Source of the DNA: an uncultured Muribaculaceae bacterium
GTDB taxonomy: Bacteria; Bacteroidota; Bacteroidia; Bacteroidales; Muribaculaceae
DNA length: 64,000 nt
Direction of reading: 5' to 3'
Assembly (NCBI GenBank): GCA_964389525.1
Contig: CAYMEX010000005.1
Location: 12,044 to 76,043, forward strand
Within the stretch, counting starts at the first letter, position 1, and every line of letters begins with the position of its first letter. The notes under the pieces are model-generated. The model had not been told where the DNA came from. It did not search any database and saw only the letters and a list, made by a program, of their open reading frames with translations. This document shows, one piece after another, positions 19,292 to 30,675 of the stretch. Made by a program: the position numbers and the translations under genes.

Positions 19292-19768
19292 TTAGAAAGA
19301 GGTGAACGCAAGCGGCACAAGCGATGCCACCGATTCAGCCTCAAGCACACCGTCGCGCGAGGCCATGAGCACCCTCACGCCTTTTCCTGCGAGCTTCTCA
19401 TATTCGAGAAGCACCTGCCGGCAGGCGGCACACGGGCTGATAGGATAATCGGTCAGCGATGCCGACTCACCTTCGCGGGCGGCGATGGCGATTGCCGTGA
19501 ACTTACGGCCGCAGTATTTTGTACCGGCATAGAAAGCGGCCGTGCGCTCGGCGCACAATCCCGATGGGAACGCCGCGTTCTCCTGATTGGCTCCTGTCAC
19601 AATGCTTCCGTCGTTGAGTCTGATCGCCGCGCCCACATGAAAATTGCTGTAGGGTGCATATGAGCCGTCGGTTGCAGCCTGCGCCGCAGCTACAAGCTCT
19701 TTGTCGTCACGGTCGAGTTCGTCGTGGGTGCGTTCGGTAAGTCGCAATGTGATGAGCCTTTCTTTCAT
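19292..19768 (-). CDS. cdd: cytidine deaminase
   Basis: Zinc motifs CAER and PCAACRQ. Confidence 0.9.
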   Translation of the reverse strand: MKERLITLRLTERTHDELDRDDKELVAAAQAATDGSYAPYSNFHVGAAIRLNDGSIVTGANQENAAFPSGLCAERTAAFYAGTKYCGRKFTAIAIAAREGESASLTDYPISPCAACRQVLLEYEKLAGKGVRVLMASRDGVLEAESVASLVPLAFTSF

Positions 19769-19776
19769 TTTGTCTG

Positions 19777-20307
19777 TCAGAGATTGATGTGTACGCCGGC
19801 CTGTATGAGACCCTGTGCGCCATAGCCGAGTTCGCCGAAAACAGAGACGCTGCGGCTGACGCCATACTCGATGCCTACCGGCACAAGCTGAAACGCACAG
19901 TATGATTTGTTGTATGAGTCATCGCCTCTGGGCATCAGATGCGTTATCTCGGCACCGATACCTGCATGGGCGTAGATCTTGATCGCACTGCGATGCCAGT
20001 AGTCATAGCGTGCGTTGAGCATGATCGCGTGGTAGGCCAGTTTGCTTCCGGGGTTTCCCTTGGTCGATGTGCTGCTGAACGTGTAGCTCGGACCGACCCA
20101 GAGCTTGGGAGCGACGCGGAAGTTGACACCGGCGGTCAGCGCACCCCATGCGTTGTTCACTTTGTGCCATCCGTCGTGCATGTCCGAAGCATCCATCTGT
20201 GTGTAGCCGCCGTAGCTGAGGCTGAGCTGTGCAGGCACTTGTGCTGTTGTTTCTGCGGCTCCGAGACCGAGAGCGATCAGGGCAGCCATGAAGATTTTTT
20301 TGATCAT
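19777..20307 (-). CDS. small outer-membrane beta-barrel protein (OmpW/porin-like, uncharacterised)
   Basis: Signal peptide MIKKIFMAALIALGLGAAETTAQ, alternating beta-strand pattern and an aromatic-rich C-terminus. Confidence 0.65.
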   Translation of the reverse strand: MIKKIFMAALIALGLGAAETTAQVPAQLSLSYGGYTQMDASDMHDGWHKVNNAWGALTAGVNFRVAPKLWVGPSYTFSSTSTKGNPGSKLAYHAIMLNARYDYWHRSAIKIYAHAGIGAEITHLMPRGDDSYNKSYCAFQLVPVGIEYGVSRSVSVFGELGYGAQGLIQAGVHINL

Positions 20308-20393
20308 AGTGTGAAGAACATAGTTTTTAACGTTTGACGCATGATTATAACATCGTCGTGATGCCAATAGTTCAGCGTATACGTTCACACACT

Positions 20394-21734
20394 TTATGAT
20401 CGTCGGAGCGTCGTGCGCAGGAAGAAGTACAGAAACAGAGCCGCCGCTGTGAAAAGCGACACCGAGAAGCTCAGGATCAGTCCGTAAAGACCGAGTCCGG
20501 CGGTGAATCCGAGTAGATATGACGCCGGTATGCCGATAACAACGTAGCTCACGAACGCGATCCAGAGCATAGGCATCACATTGGATGTGCCGCGGAGCGC
20601 GTTGGCGAATGTGATCTGCGTCGCGTCGCCCACCTGATACAGCAGGAGAGGGAAGATCAGGGTGTATGTCAGGGCGATGACTGTCTGATCTTCGGTGAAT
20701 GCCGCGATAAACTGGCGGTTGAGGGCCACGATCATCAGCGAGGCGGCCACGACAAGGAGCAGCATGATGTGGTAGCCTGCGAAGGCCACGCGGCGTGTGC
20801 CCTGGCGGTTGCCGAGGCCGGTCTCGTTCGACACAAGTACGGCTATGGCCGACCCGATGCTGTAATAGATACAGAACCCGAGGGTGCTGATTATCACGAG
20901 TATCTGAAATGATGCAAGCTCAAGTGCCCCGAGCCATCCGGCCATGAGTGCGACTACGCTGAACGAGGCCGACTCCATGGTTGACTGAAGCGACACGGGC
21001 CATGAGGTGACGTTTATCTGTCGCACCATCGGCCACGACAGGCGCGTCGAGCGGAAGCCGTCGCGATATTCACGGTTGTGCCTTCTGGTGAGGAATATGC
21101 TGGTGATCACTATGGCGCAGAGCCATCGTGCTGCCAGAGTGCTTATGCCGGCACCCTGCAGTCCCAGCTCAGGCATACCGCAGTTCCCGTATATCAGCAG
21201 CCAGTTGCCGATGATATTCAGGATATTTGATCCGAGGATTATCCACATCGGCATCGATGTGTTTTTTATACCCCACGACCATTGGGCGAAAACCTGGAAG
21301 ATCGAGATAGGTATGATGCCGCCGAGATAAAGCAGGAAGTAGGGGCGTATGATCGGCAGAAGTTCCTCCGGCTGGTCAAGACGGTCGACGTTCATATACA
21401 GGATGCCCATAAGCAGCGACACCATGAGTGTGAACAGTATGTTGACCACAAGACCGTTTTTCACAAGACCTCCGATCTGGGTCTTGCGTCCCTGCGAGAA
21501 CAGTGCGCCCACAAGGGGTGTCAGGCCGTAGGAAAACCCAACGCACGCAAAGATCGCCGTGTTGAAGACGCCGTTGACAAACGAAGCCGAGGCGAGAGCC
21601 TGTGTCGAGTAGCGGCCGACCATGATGTTGTCGGCAAACCCCACGACAATCATGCCCACCTGTCCTACCAGTATCGGCAGACCCAGGCGGGCAATCTGTA
21701 TGTAATCGTTCTTGTACTTTTCCCGGAATCCCAT
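20394..21734 (-). CDS. MATE family efflux transporter
   Basis: 12-TM profile and a MATE-like N-terminus: ILVGQVGMIVVGFADNIMVGRYSTQALASASFVNG. Confidence 0.85.
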   Translation of the reverse strand: MGFREKYKNDYIQIARLGLPILVGQVGMIVVGFADNIMVGRYSTQALASASFVNGVFNTAIFACVGFSYGLTPLVGALFSQGRKTQIGGLVKNGLVVNILFTLMVSLLMGILYMNVDRLDQPEELLPIIRPYFLLYLGGIIPISIFQVFAQWSWGIKNTSMPMWIILGSNILNIIGNWLLIYGNCGMPELGLQGAGISTLAARWLCAIVITSIFLTRRHNREYRDGFRSTRLSWPMVRQINVTSWPVSLQSTMESASFSVVALMAGWLGALELASFQILVIISTLGFCIYYSIGSAIAVLVSNETGLGNRQGTRRVAFAGYHIMLLLVVAASLMIVALNRQFIAAFTEDQTVIALTYTLIFPLLLYQVGDATQITFANALRGTSNVMPMLWIAFVSYVVIGIPASYLLGFTAGLGLYGLILSFSVSLFTAAALFLYFFLRTTLRRS

Positions 21735-22450
21735 TAGTCGCGGCTCGATCCGAAGAAGCGCAACAGATACAGGAACAGGTTGATGAAGTCAAGATAAAGT
21801 GTCAGTGCGCCGATAGTGGCGAGAGCCGACGGGTTGAATCCTGCCGAATGTGCGGCAAGAGTCTTGATCTTCTGGGTGTCCCACGCTGTCAGGCCGATGA
21901 AGATAAGCACACCTGCGATCGAGATTATCCAGTCGAGCGTCGAGTTGGCCCAGAACAGGTTGACAACGATGCAGATGATCAGTCCCCACAATGCCATGTA
22001 GAGGAAGGAGCCGACCTTGGTAAGATCCTTCTCTGTGAAATATCCGTAGATGCTCATGGCACCGAATGTGCCGGCTGTGATCAGAAATGTCTTGAAGATC
22101 GAGGGAAGGCTGTAGGCCACGAATATGAGCGACAGCGAAAGACCGTTGACGATGGCGAACAGATAGAACAGCCCGGTGGCCATCGTGGGCTTCATGCGTG
22201 TGACGCCACCCGAGATGCCCAGCACAAGCAGTATCTCGACGATAAAGATGCCCCAGTAGATCCAGCGGTTCTGTATCAGAGTCATCTGAAACTCGGGAGC
22301 GATGGCGGCAACGCCCCATGCCACGGCGGCAGTGAGCAGCAGCCCGAGAAACATTTTTACATACACACGCTTCATTACCTGACTGACGCGCTGGTCGAGC
22401 GACTCAGCGTAGACGGGAGGTGTGGGAGGGAGATTGTAGTAGTTGTTCAT
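21734..22450 (-). CDS. Bax inhibitor-1/YccA family membrane protein
   Basis: About 7 TM segments with a family-typical N-terminal region and a basic C-terminal tail. Confidence 0.8.
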   Translation of the reverse strand: MNNYYNLPPTPPVYAESLDQRVSQVMKRVYVKMFLGLLLTAAVAWGVAAIAPEFQMTLIQNRWIYWGIFIVEILLVLGISGGVTRMKPTMATGLFYLFAIVNGLSLSLIFVAYSLPSIFKTFLITAGTFGAMSIYGYFTEKDLTKVGSFLYMALWGLIICIVVNLFWANSTLDWIISIAGVLIFIGLTAWDTQKIKTLAAHSAGFNPSALATIGALTLYLDFINLFLYLLRFFGSSRD

Positions 22451-22554
22451 TATAGAAAATTAAATTAGCTTTTTACGTTTAAGGCCTCCGGCGCGTGAAG
22501 ACAGCCGGCGACATGTCTCTGCACGACTATATAACAAAAACCGTGCCGACTTGA

Positions 22555-24342
22555 TCACATGCGTTCCGGCACTTTGATGCCGAGAAGCGACATGGCCTTC
22601 TTCACGGTGCGTGCGGTCACCGACGACAGCTCGAGGCGAAGCGACCTGACGGCGGCATTTTCCTCCTTCAGTATCGAGTGGTCGTGATAGAACTGGTTGT
22701 AGAGTTTCACCAGCTCGTATGCATAGTTGGCGATCAGAGCGGGAGAGAAGTTGCGTCCGGCCTCGGCCACTACACCGGCGAAGTCGTTGAGCCACTGTAT
22801 GAGGGCTATCTCCTTCTCGTCGGGGACGACAGTCGTGTAGTCCACGTTTTCGAGACCCGACTCGGCGGCCTTGCGGAGCACCGAGCGTATGCGGGCGTAG
22901 GTGTACTGTATGAACGGACCCGTGTTGCCGTTGAAATCGATCGTCTCTTTCGGATCAAAGGTGATGTTTTTGCGCGGATCGACCTTGAGCAGGAAATACT
23001 TGAGCGCTCCGAGTCCTACGGTCTCGGCGATATCCTCGATCTCGGCCTCGCTGAGTCCGTCGAGTTTGCCGAGCTGCTGCGATACCTCGCGTGCGGTCGA
23101 CACCATCTCCTCCATCAGGTCGTCGGCGTCGACAACCGTGCCCTCGCGGCTCTTCATCTTGCCTTCGGGCAGCTCGACCATGCCGTATGAGAAGTGCACC
23201 AGATCTTTGCCCCACTTGAATCCGAGCTTGTCGAGCAGCAGCGAGAGCACCTGGAAGTGATAGTTCTGCTCGTTACCGACGACATATATCATCTTGTCGA
23301 TGGGGTAGTCGCGGTAGCGCAGTTTGGCGGTGCCTATGTCCTGGGTCATGTAGACCGAAGTGCCGTCGCTGCGCAGAAGCAGCTTGTGGTCGAGGCCGTC
23401 GGCTGTCAGGTCGGCCCATACCGAGCCGTCCTCCTTGCGGTACATTATGCCCTTCTCAAGTCCCTCGAGCACTTTTTCCTTACCTTCGAGATATGTGTCG
23501 CTCTCATAGTAGATTTTGTCGAAGCCTACGCCCATGCGGCGGTAGGTTTCGTCAAATCCCGAGTAGACCCATTCGTTCATCATCTTCCAGCATCCGCGCA
23601 CTTCGGCGTCGCCGGCCTCCCATTTTCTGAGCATCTCGCGCGCTTCGGCCATCAGGGGCGATGCCTTTTCAGCCTCTTCCTTGCTCATGCCGCCGGCCAT
23701 GAGTTGCTCCAGCTCCTGCTTGTAGTGGCGGTCGAAAAGCACGTAGAAGTCTCCGATAAGATGGTCGCCCTTCTTTCCTGCCTTCTCGGGGGTGACACCG
23801 TCGCCCCACTTCTGCCATGCAAGCATCGACTTGCATATGTGTATGCCGCGGTCGTTCACGATGTTGGTCATCACTACGCGGTTGCCGCATGCCTTTAGTA
23901 TCTCCGACAGGCTGAAGCCAAGCAGGTTGTTGCGGACGTGACCTAAGTGCAGGGGCTTGTTGGTGTTGGGCGACGAGTATTCCACCATCACGAGCGGGCT
24001 GGAGCCGGTGGCTTTGGTTATGCCGAAATCTGCGTCCGAAGCGATGTGCTTCAGCACGCTGTTCCAGTAGGTAGGCTCTATCACGATATTGAGAAAGCCC
24101 TTGACCACGTTGTAGCGGTCGACGGCGGGCTCGTTGTCGACAAGCCAGTCTCCGATCTCCTTTCCCACGGCTTCCGGCGACTTGCGGGCCGCCTTTACCC
24201 AGGGGAAGACCACTACTGTGAGATTGCCCTCAAACTCCTTTCTTGTAGCCTGAGGAACAATGTCCGATGCCTCGGTGTTAATGCCATAAAGCTCGCTGAC
24301 TGCGCGCGCCACTCCCGACGATATGATGCTGTCTATCGACAT
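22555..24342 (-). CDS. argS: arginine--tRNA ligase
   Basis: Class I HIGH-type motif (SSPNTNKPLHLGHVRN). The length and C-terminal anticodon-binding region are typical of ArgRS. Confidence 0.95.
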   Translation of the reverse strand: MSIDSIISSGVARAVSELYGINTEASDIVPQATRKEFEGNLTVVVFPWVKAARKSPEAVGKEIGDWLVDNEPAVDRYNVVKGFLNIVIEPTYWNSVLKHIASDADFGITKATGSSPLVMVEYSSPNTNKPLHLGHVRNNLLGFSLSEILKACGNRVVMTNIVNDRGIHICKSMLAWQKWGDGVTPEKAGKKGDHLIGDFYVLFDRHYKQELEQLMAGGMSKEEAEKASPLMAEAREMLRKWEAGDAEVRGCWKMMNEWVYSGFDETYRRMGVGFDKIYYESDTYLEGKEKVLEGLEKGIMYRKEDGSVWADLTADGLDHKLLLRSDGTSVYMTQDIGTAKLRYRDYPIDKMIYVVGNEQNYHFQVLSLLLDKLGFKWGKDLVHFSYGMVELPEGKMKSREGTVVDADDLMEEMVSTAREVSQQLGKLDGLSEAEIEDIAETVGLGALKYFLLKVDPRKNITFDPKETIDFNGNTGPFIQYTYARIRSVLRKAAESGLENVDYTTVVPDEKEIALIQWLNDFAGVVAEAGRNFSPALIANYAYELVKLYNQFYHDHSILKEENAAVRSLRLELSSVTARTVKKAMSLLGIKVPERM

Positions 24343-24610
24343 TGTCTTGTTGCGTGTTGGTTCTTATTTCGTTATATCGGTTTTGCGAATAGTGCAAATT
24401 TAAACAAAAAAAATGAAATGTGAGGTCAATGGTCAGCCATATAAACAATACTCTGTGGAGTTTTTTGCCATATTGTTGGTGAAAAAGGACTATATATTGA
24501 AGTGCACGAATTATGATTGTTTGAGCATTTATGTCTAACTTTGCATGACGAAATGATAGGTACATATCACAAAATAACAACAGAAACGTTAGTAAATTAT
24601 ATTAATAATA

Positions 24611-25777
24611 ATGATGATTAAGCAGCTATTTATTGCAGGTGCATCAGCAGTCACTCTATCAGCACTGATTGCCTCATGCTCTTCCGGTGGACAGCAGGGA
24701 CTTGCCCAGGGACAGGCTCCTCAGATTGCCGTCCAGACTCTCTCGATTGGATCTTCTGCACTTGACCACGCTTACCCTGCCACTATAAAGGGTAAGACCG
24801 ATATCGAAATCCGGCCTCAGGTCAGCGGATTTATCACGAAAGTACATGTGGACGAGGGACAGCGTGTCAGCAAAGGACAGCCCTTGTTTACAATCGATCA
24901 GGTTCAGTTTCAGGCGGCCGTCGATCAGGCCGAGGCTTCGCTCGCTGCCGCGCAGACTGCCGTGCAGACTGCCACTCTGACCGCCGAAAACAAGCAGCGG
25001 CTTTTCGACAAGAACATCATAAGCGAGTATGAGAACCAGCTCGCAAAAAACAATCTTGCTACTGCAAAGGCTACTCTCGCTCAGGCTGAGGCTGCTCTGA
25101 CAAACGCACGGAAAAATCTCAGCTACACTGTAGTCACTGCTCCGAGCGACGGTGTTGTGGGCATGATACCCAATCGTGAGGGATCGCTTGCATCTCCGTC
25201 GATGGTTCAGGCACTTACCACCGTCAGCGACAACAGCGAAGTTTACGCATACTTCTCGCTCACCGAGCGCGATCTCCTCGACATGACCGACAACGGCAAC
25301 GCCACGCTGCAGGAGCGCATCGCTGCCATGCCCGAGGTGCAGCTCCGCTTGTCCGACGGCAGCATCTATCCGCTGTCTGGAAAAGTCGCCACCGTGTCGG
25401 GTGTGATCGATAACTCCACCGGTTCGGCTTCGGTGCGCGCGCTCTTCAAAAACAACAACGGCATGCTCCGCAGCGGATCGACTGGACAGATACTACTTCC
25501 TGTCACTCAGGACAGTGTCATCATTATCCCGCAGAAAGCCACATATGAGCTTCAGGATCGCCGATTTGTCTATGCTCTGACCGACAGCAACACGCTTGTC
25601 AGCCGGCCGATTCAGGTCGACGCTCTCAACGACGGAAAGACATTCGTCGTCAAGTCGGGTGTCAACCCCGGTGAGCGCATTGCAGTGGAAGGCGTCGGCG
25701 TCTCGTTGCGCGACGGCATGAAGATCACTCCGGTTGACGCTGCCGCCAAGGGTGCGCCTGCTGCAGCCGCTGAGTGA
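24611..25777 (+). CDS. RND efflux periplasmic adaptor (membrane fusion protein)
   Basis: Lipoprotein-like N-terminus (LIASCSS), coiled-coil hairpin and beta-barrel domains. It lies upstream of the RND pump. Confidence 0.9.
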   Translation: MMIKQLFIAGASAVTLSALIASCSSGGQQGLAQGQAPQIAVQTLSIGSSALDHAYPATIKGKTDIEIRPQVSGFITKVHVDEGQRVSKGQPLFTIDQVQFQAAVDQAEASLAAAQTAVQTATLTAENKQRLFDKNIISEYENQLAKNNLATAKATLAQAEAALTNARKNLSYTVVTAPSDGVVGMIPNREGSLASPSMVQALTTVSDNSEVYAYFSLTERDLLDMTDNGNATLQERIAAMPEVQLRLSDGSIYPLSGKVATVSGVIDNSTGSASVRALFKNNNGMLRSGSTGQILLPVTQDSVIIIPQKATYELQDRRFVYALTDSNTLVSRPIQVDALNDGKTFVVKSGVNPGERIAVEGVGVSLRDGMKITPVDAAAKGAPAAAAE

Positions 25778-25838
25778 TAATCGGTGTCTTCTATCTTTCC
25801 TCCACTTGTTTATTCCAGTCTTTATCAAAAAACGATAA

Positions 25839-28800
25839 ATGAAACTTGACAGATTTATAAATCGTCCGGTGTTGTCGACGGTGATATCGATATTCATCGT
25901 CCTTCTGGGTCTGATCGGACTGTTCTCACTTCCTATCACCCAGTTCCCGGATATCGCGCCGCCGACGATCTCGGTGAGCACGACATATACCGGTGCAAAC
26001 GCCCAGGCCGTGCTCAACTCGGTTATCGCCCCGCTCGAGGAGTCGATCAACGGAGCCGAGGGCATGACATACATGGAGTCGACTGCTACAAACACCGGTT
26101 CCGCAAATATCAGTGTGTACTTCGAGCAGGGATTTGATCCTAACATGGCTGCCGTCGACGTGCAGAACCGTGTGGCAAAAGCCCAGAGCCTTCTGCCTGC
26201 CGAGGTTACTCGTGTAGGTGTGCTCACGCAGAAACGTCAGACTTCGATGCTTCTCAACGTGGCGCTCTACGACAAGTCGGGCAAATACTCCGAGGAGTTC
26301 ATCGACAACTATGCTAAAATCAACGTTATCCCGCAGTTGCAGCGTGTCTCGGGTGTGGGCGATGTGATGAGCTTCGGTGCCGACTACTCCATGCGCATAT
26401 GGCTCAAACCCGATGTGATGGCGCAGTACAACCTCATGCCCGACGATATCACATATGCTCTTGCCGAGCAGAATATCGAGGCAGCTCCCGGCGCGTTCGG
26501 CGAGCAGGGCGACCAGAGCTTCCAGTACACGATGCGTTACAAAGGCCGTCTTACTACCCCCGACGAGTTTGAGAACATCGTGGTGGCAGCCAAGCCCACA
26601 GGCGAGGTGCTTCGTCTCGGCGATGTGGCAGAGGTAGAGCTCGGACGTGTCACATACGGATTCCATAACTCGCTCAACGGCTATCCTGCAACCAGTGCGA
26701 TCATTTTCCAGACAGCAGGATCAAACGCTACACAGATCATCGACGACTGTCTGAAAGTGGTTGACGACATGAAGGACGAGCTGCCCGACGGTCTTGAGTT
26801 CGCGATCCCGATGAACAACAACGACTTCCTTGACGCGTCGATCCATGAGGTTATCAAGACCCTCATCGAGGCGTTCATACTCGTGTTCTTCGTGGTTTAC
26901 GTGTTCCTGCAGGACGTCCGCTCGACGATCATTCCCTCCATCGCGATACCTGTGGCCCTTGTCGGCACATTCTTCTTCATGAACCTGATCGGATTCTCGA
27001 TCAACCTCATCACTCTCTCGGCTCTCGTGCTTGCGATCGCGATTGTGGTCGACGACGCCATTGTGGTGATCGAGGCGGTGCATGCAAAACTCGATGCCGG
27101 TTACAAGAGTGCCCGCAAGGCGTCGATCGATGCGATGTCTGAGATCTCCGGAGCGCTTATCTCGATTACCCTTGTGATGATGCTCGTGTTCATACCTGTG
27201 TCGTTCATCTCGGGTACGTCGGGTGTGTTCTACCGCCAGTTCGGTCTGACCATGGCCATAGCCATCGGTCTGTCGGCTCTCAACGCGCTCACCCTGTCGC
27301 CTGCACTGTGTGCTGTGTTCCTTAAGGCACACGACGAGAAGCCCCTCAAGGAGCGTCTTGGCGATGCCTACAGTGCTGCCGGCGAGGTTATGGCAAAGCG
27401 TGCGAAAAAAACATTCTCGCTCGATCTTCCGCCGCTTGTCACCGGTGTGGCTCTTGTCGCAACCATCCTTTTCATGGTGCTCGGCTGGTACAGCGAGCCC
27501 TCGCATATCCTTAAATTCGTTGTCGCTGTCGCTGTAGCCGTCATCACAGTTCTCGGCATCATCGGCAAGCGTTTCCACAAAGGATTTGAGATCGGTTTCG
27601 GCCGTGTGCTCAAGGTCTACAACCGTGCATCGTCCTGGTTTGTGGCTCACAAGATCACCTCTTTCGCCACCGTAGCTGCATCCATCGCCGTGCTTGTGTG
27701 GCTCATGGGACGCACGCCTACCACCCTTGTCCCCAATGAAGATACCGGCGTACTGTTCTGCATGGTCGACATGCCCCCGGGCACATCGCAGGAACGCACC
27801 ATGGAGGTGCTCGACAAGGTCGACCAGATCCTGGCCGGAATACCCGAGATCGAGTACCGAATGAAGATCGCCGGTTACAGCTTCATGGCAGGTCAGGGTG
27901 CCACCTACGGTACATTCATCGTCAAGCTGAAGAATTGGGAAGAGCGTAAACAGGCCGATCAGGTGTCGACTGCCATACTTGGAAAAATTTACGGTATGGC
28001 CGGAGCCATGATCAAGGACGGCCGTGTCGTTTGCTTCGCGCCTCCTATGATCACCGGTTACTCGCTCACCAACGGTTTCGAACTCAAGATGCAGGATAAG
28101 ACCGGCGGTGACGTCAACGAGTTCTTCGCGATCGTGCAGAATTTCCTCGGCAAACTCAACCAGCAACCTGAAGTTCAGGTGGCAATGACCACGTTCAACC
28201 CCACTTTCCCGCAGTATATGATCGATATAGACGCCGCCAAGGCAAAACAGGCCGGCATCTCTCCCTCGACCATTCTGTCGACACTTCAGGGCTACTACGG
28301 AGGTATGTACATCTCCAACTTCAACCGTTTCGGTAAGATCTACCGCGTGATGATGCAGGCTTCGCCCGAGGCGCGCGTCTCGCCCGAGACACTCTCGGCG
28401 ATCAAGATACGCAATGGCGGTGAGATGGCATCCCTCTCCAATTACGTCACCCTCACCAAGATCTATGGCCCCGACCTGCTCAACCGATTCAACATGTTCC
28501 AGTCGATATCGGTTACCGGTCAGCCCGCCGCAGGCTATTCTTCGGGTCAGGCACTTGCTGCCGTGCAGCGTGTGGCTGCCGAGACACTGCCCGCAGGTTT
28601 CACCTACGAGTATTCGGGCATGACACGTGAGGAGGCCAAGTCAGGCGGAAGCACCACTGCCATCATCTTCGCCCTCTGTCTCATCTTCGTCTACCTCCTG
28701 CTGTCGGCACAGTACGAGAGCTACATCCTTCCGCTTTCGGTTATCCTCTCGATACCGTTCGGCCTCATGGGTGCCTTCATCTTCGCCGATCTTTTCAGCA

Positions 28801-29213
28801 TCTCCAACAGTATCTATCTGCAGATCGCGCTGATCATGCTTATCGGTCTTCTCGCCAAGAACGCCATCCTCATTGTCGAGTTCGCGCTTGAGCGCCGCCG
28901 CACGGGCATGTCGATCGTCAATGCCGCGATCGCCGGAGCTACAGCGCGTCTGCGACCGATCCTCATGACATCGCTTGCGCTTATCATCGGTCTGTTGCCC
29001 ATGATGTTCGCCACCGGTGCGGGCGCCAACGGCAACCGTGCCCTCGGCACCGGATCTATCGGCGGTATGCTCATCGGCATGGTGCTCCAGGTGCTTGTCG
29101 TGCCGGCGTTGTTCGTCATCTTCGAGATTATACAGGAGAAGATCACCCCGCTCAAGTGGGAGGACACCAACAACGATGCCGTCGAGAGCGAGATCGTACA
29201 GTATTCAAAGTAA
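25839..29213 (+). CDS. RND (AcrB-like, HAE1) efflux permease, unusually long at 1124 aa
   Basis: [19 protein letters not shown]-terminus and AcrB-like organisation. There is an extra insert of about 75 aa after TM6 (see findings). Confidence 0.95.
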   Translation: MKLDRFINRPVLSTVISIFIVLLGLIGLFSLPITQFPDIAPPTISVSTTYTGANAQAVLNSVIAPLEESINGAEGMTYMESTATNTGSANISVYFEQGFDPNMAAVDVQNRVAKAQSLLPAEVTRVGVLTQKRQTSMLLNVALYDKSGKYSEEFIDNYAKINVIPQLQRVSGVGDVMSFGADYSMRIWLKPDVMAQYNLMPDDITYALAEQNIEAAPGAFGEQGDQSFQYTMRYKGRLTTPDEFENIVVAAKPTGEVLRLGDVAEVELGRVTYGFHNSLNGYPATSAIIFQTAGSNATQIIDDCLKVVDDMKDELPDGLEFAIPMNNNDFLDASIHEVIKTLIEAFILVFFVVYVFLQDVRSTIIPSIAIPVALVGTFFFMNLIGFSINLITLSALVLAIAIVVDDAIVVIEAVHAKLDAGYKSARKASIDAMSEISGALISITLVMMLVFIPVSFISGTSGVFYRQFGLTMAIAIGLSALNALTLSPALCAVFLKAHDEKPLKERLGDAYSAAGEVMAKRAKKTFSLDLPPLVTGVALVATILFMVLGWYSEPSHILKFVVAVAVAVITVLGIIGKRFHKGFEIGFGRVLKVYNRASSWFVAHKITSFATVAASIAVLVWLMGRTPTTLVPNEDTGVLFCMVDMPPGTSQERTMEVLDKVDQILAGIPEIEYRMKIAGYSFMAGQGATYGTFIVKLKNWEERKQADQVSTAILGKIYGMAGAMIKDGRVVCFAPPMITGYSLTNGFELKMQDKTGGDVNEFFAIVQNFLGKLNQQPEVQVAMTTFNPTFPQYMIDIDAAKAKQAGISPSTILSTLQGYYGGMYISNFNRFGKIYRVMMQASPEARVSPETLSAIKIRNGGEMASLSNYVTLTKIYGPDLLNRFNMFQSISVTGQPAAGYSSGQALAAVQRVAAETLPAGFTYEYSGMTREEAKSGGSTTAIIFALCLIFVYLLLSAQYESYILPLSVILSIPFGLMGAFIFADLFSISNSIYLQIALIMLIGLLAKNAILIVEFALERRRTGMSIVNAAIAGATARLRPILMTSLALIIGLLPMMFATGAGANGNRALGTGSIGGMLIGMVLQVLVVPALFVIFEIIQEKITPLKWEDTNNDAVESEIVQYSK

Positions 29214-29234
29214 GTAACCGCATCATCCTGAAAA

Positions 29235-30647
29235 ATGACTGCAAAAATACATAAGACCCTTGTGGCCGGAGTGGTGGCGATTGCCATCATCCCGGCGCTC
29301 ACGGGCTGCCATATCTACAATAAATTCGATATGGCCAAGCAGACCGGCGACGATCCTCTGTTGCAGGAATACGTCAAGGCGGCCGACCAGACAGCAGCCG
29401 AGGGAGCCCTCGGCACACTCTCATGGCAGACGGTCTACACCGATCCTGTGCTTCAGGGCTACATACAGCGCGCACTCGACAACAATATCGACCTCGAGAA
29501 CGCGCGCCTCAACATCGACGTGGCCCACGCCAACATGCAGGGTGCACGCATGAGCTATCTCCCCTCGGTAGCAATAGCGCCCAATGCCGCTGCCGCTTCC
29601 TACGATCACGCTCCCTTCACCAAGACCTACACCATACCTCTGGTACTCAACTGGGAGTTTGACGCATTCGGCAAGATACTCAACTCAAAGCGCGGAGCCG
29701 AGGCCACATATGCGCAGTCCAAGGACTACGAGCAGGCCGTGCGCTCGCAGATCATCGCCGGTGTCGCCAACCTCTACTACGCCATCTCCTCGCTCAAGGC
29801 TCAGATCGAGCTGACACGCGAGACCTCTATGGTGTGGAAGAGCAATGTCGAGACGATGAAAGAGTACAAGGAGTCGGGACGCACCAACGAGGCCGGCGTT
29901 GCACAGAGTGAAGCCAACTACTACAACATCTGCGCGTCGCTCAACGACCTCGAAGTCTCGCTCAATGAGGCGATGAACTCATTTTCGCTCCTTCTCGGCG
30001 AGATGCCTCACGCATGGGATATCGAGCCGGGGCTTGCACTCGCCCTTCCGGCAGCCGTCAGCGACGGCGTGCCCATGGTGGAGCTTGCCAACCGCCCCGA
30101 CGTCCGCGCCGCAGAGCGCTCGCTCGCAGTGGCCTATTACGCCACAAACTCGGCACGTGCCGCATTCTATCCGTCGATCAGCCTGAGCGCCAACCTCGGC
30201 TTCACCAACTCGATGGGAGGCATGGTGCACAACCCCGCCGTGTGGTTCACACAGCTTGCCGCATCGCTCACTGCGCCGATATTCCAGCGCGGACAGAACA
30301 TCGCCCGCCTCAAGGCCACCAAGGCACAGCAGGAGCAGACACTCAACACATTCCGCTACACGCTTATGAGTGCTGCTGCCGACGTGCACAACGCCATCGA
30401 CTCCTACGACCGCAACACCGACAAGGCCGAGTGGCTCGGACGTCAGGTAAAGGCATGGCAGCGTTCGGTCGAGGCAACAACCGAGCTGTTCAAATACACC
30501 GACACGACCACCTATCTCGAGCTGCTCACCGCGCAGAGCGGACTGCTGTCGGCCCAGATGGGAGCCATCAGCTGCGACCTTGCGCGCACACAGGCTGTCA
30601 TCAGCCTCTATCAGTCGCTCGGCGGTGGTGGCATCGTCAATCAGTAA
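29235..30647 (+). CDS. TolC-family outer-membrane factor lipoprotein (NodT type)
   Basis: Lipobox LTGC, two repeat halves, and it is the third gene of the RND operon. Confidence 0.9.
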   Translation: MTAKIHKTLVAGVVAIAIIPALTGCHIYNKFDMAKQTGDDPLLQEYVKAADQTAAEGALGTLSWQTVYTDPVLQGYIQRALDNNIDLENARLNIDVAHANMQGARMSYLPSVAIAPNAAAASYDHAPFTKTYTIPLVLNWEFDAFGKILNSKRGAEATYAQSKDYEQAVRSQIIAGVANLYYAISSLKAQIELTRETSMVWKSNVETMKEYKESGRTNEAGVAQSEANYYNICASLNDLEVSLNEAMNSFSLLLGEMPHAWDIEPGLALALPAAVSDGVPMVELANRPDVRAAERSLAVAYYATNSARAAFYPSISLSANLGFTNSMGGMVHNPAVWFTQLAASLTAPIFQRGQNIARLKATKAQQEQTLNTFRYTLMSAAADVHNAIDSYDRNTDKAEWLGRQVKAWQRSVEATTELFKYTDTTTYLELLTAQSGLLSAQMGAISCDLARTQAVISLYQSLGGGGIVNQ

Positions 30648-30675
30648 GCATCTAATACCTTAATACATATCCGTC

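Noticed and set aside
26721-28166. 481-aa minus-strand ORF, plus the 246-aa ORF at 25926-26666
   Set aside because: Both are antisense to the RND permease gene. They are His/Arg/Asp-rich with no recognisable domain.
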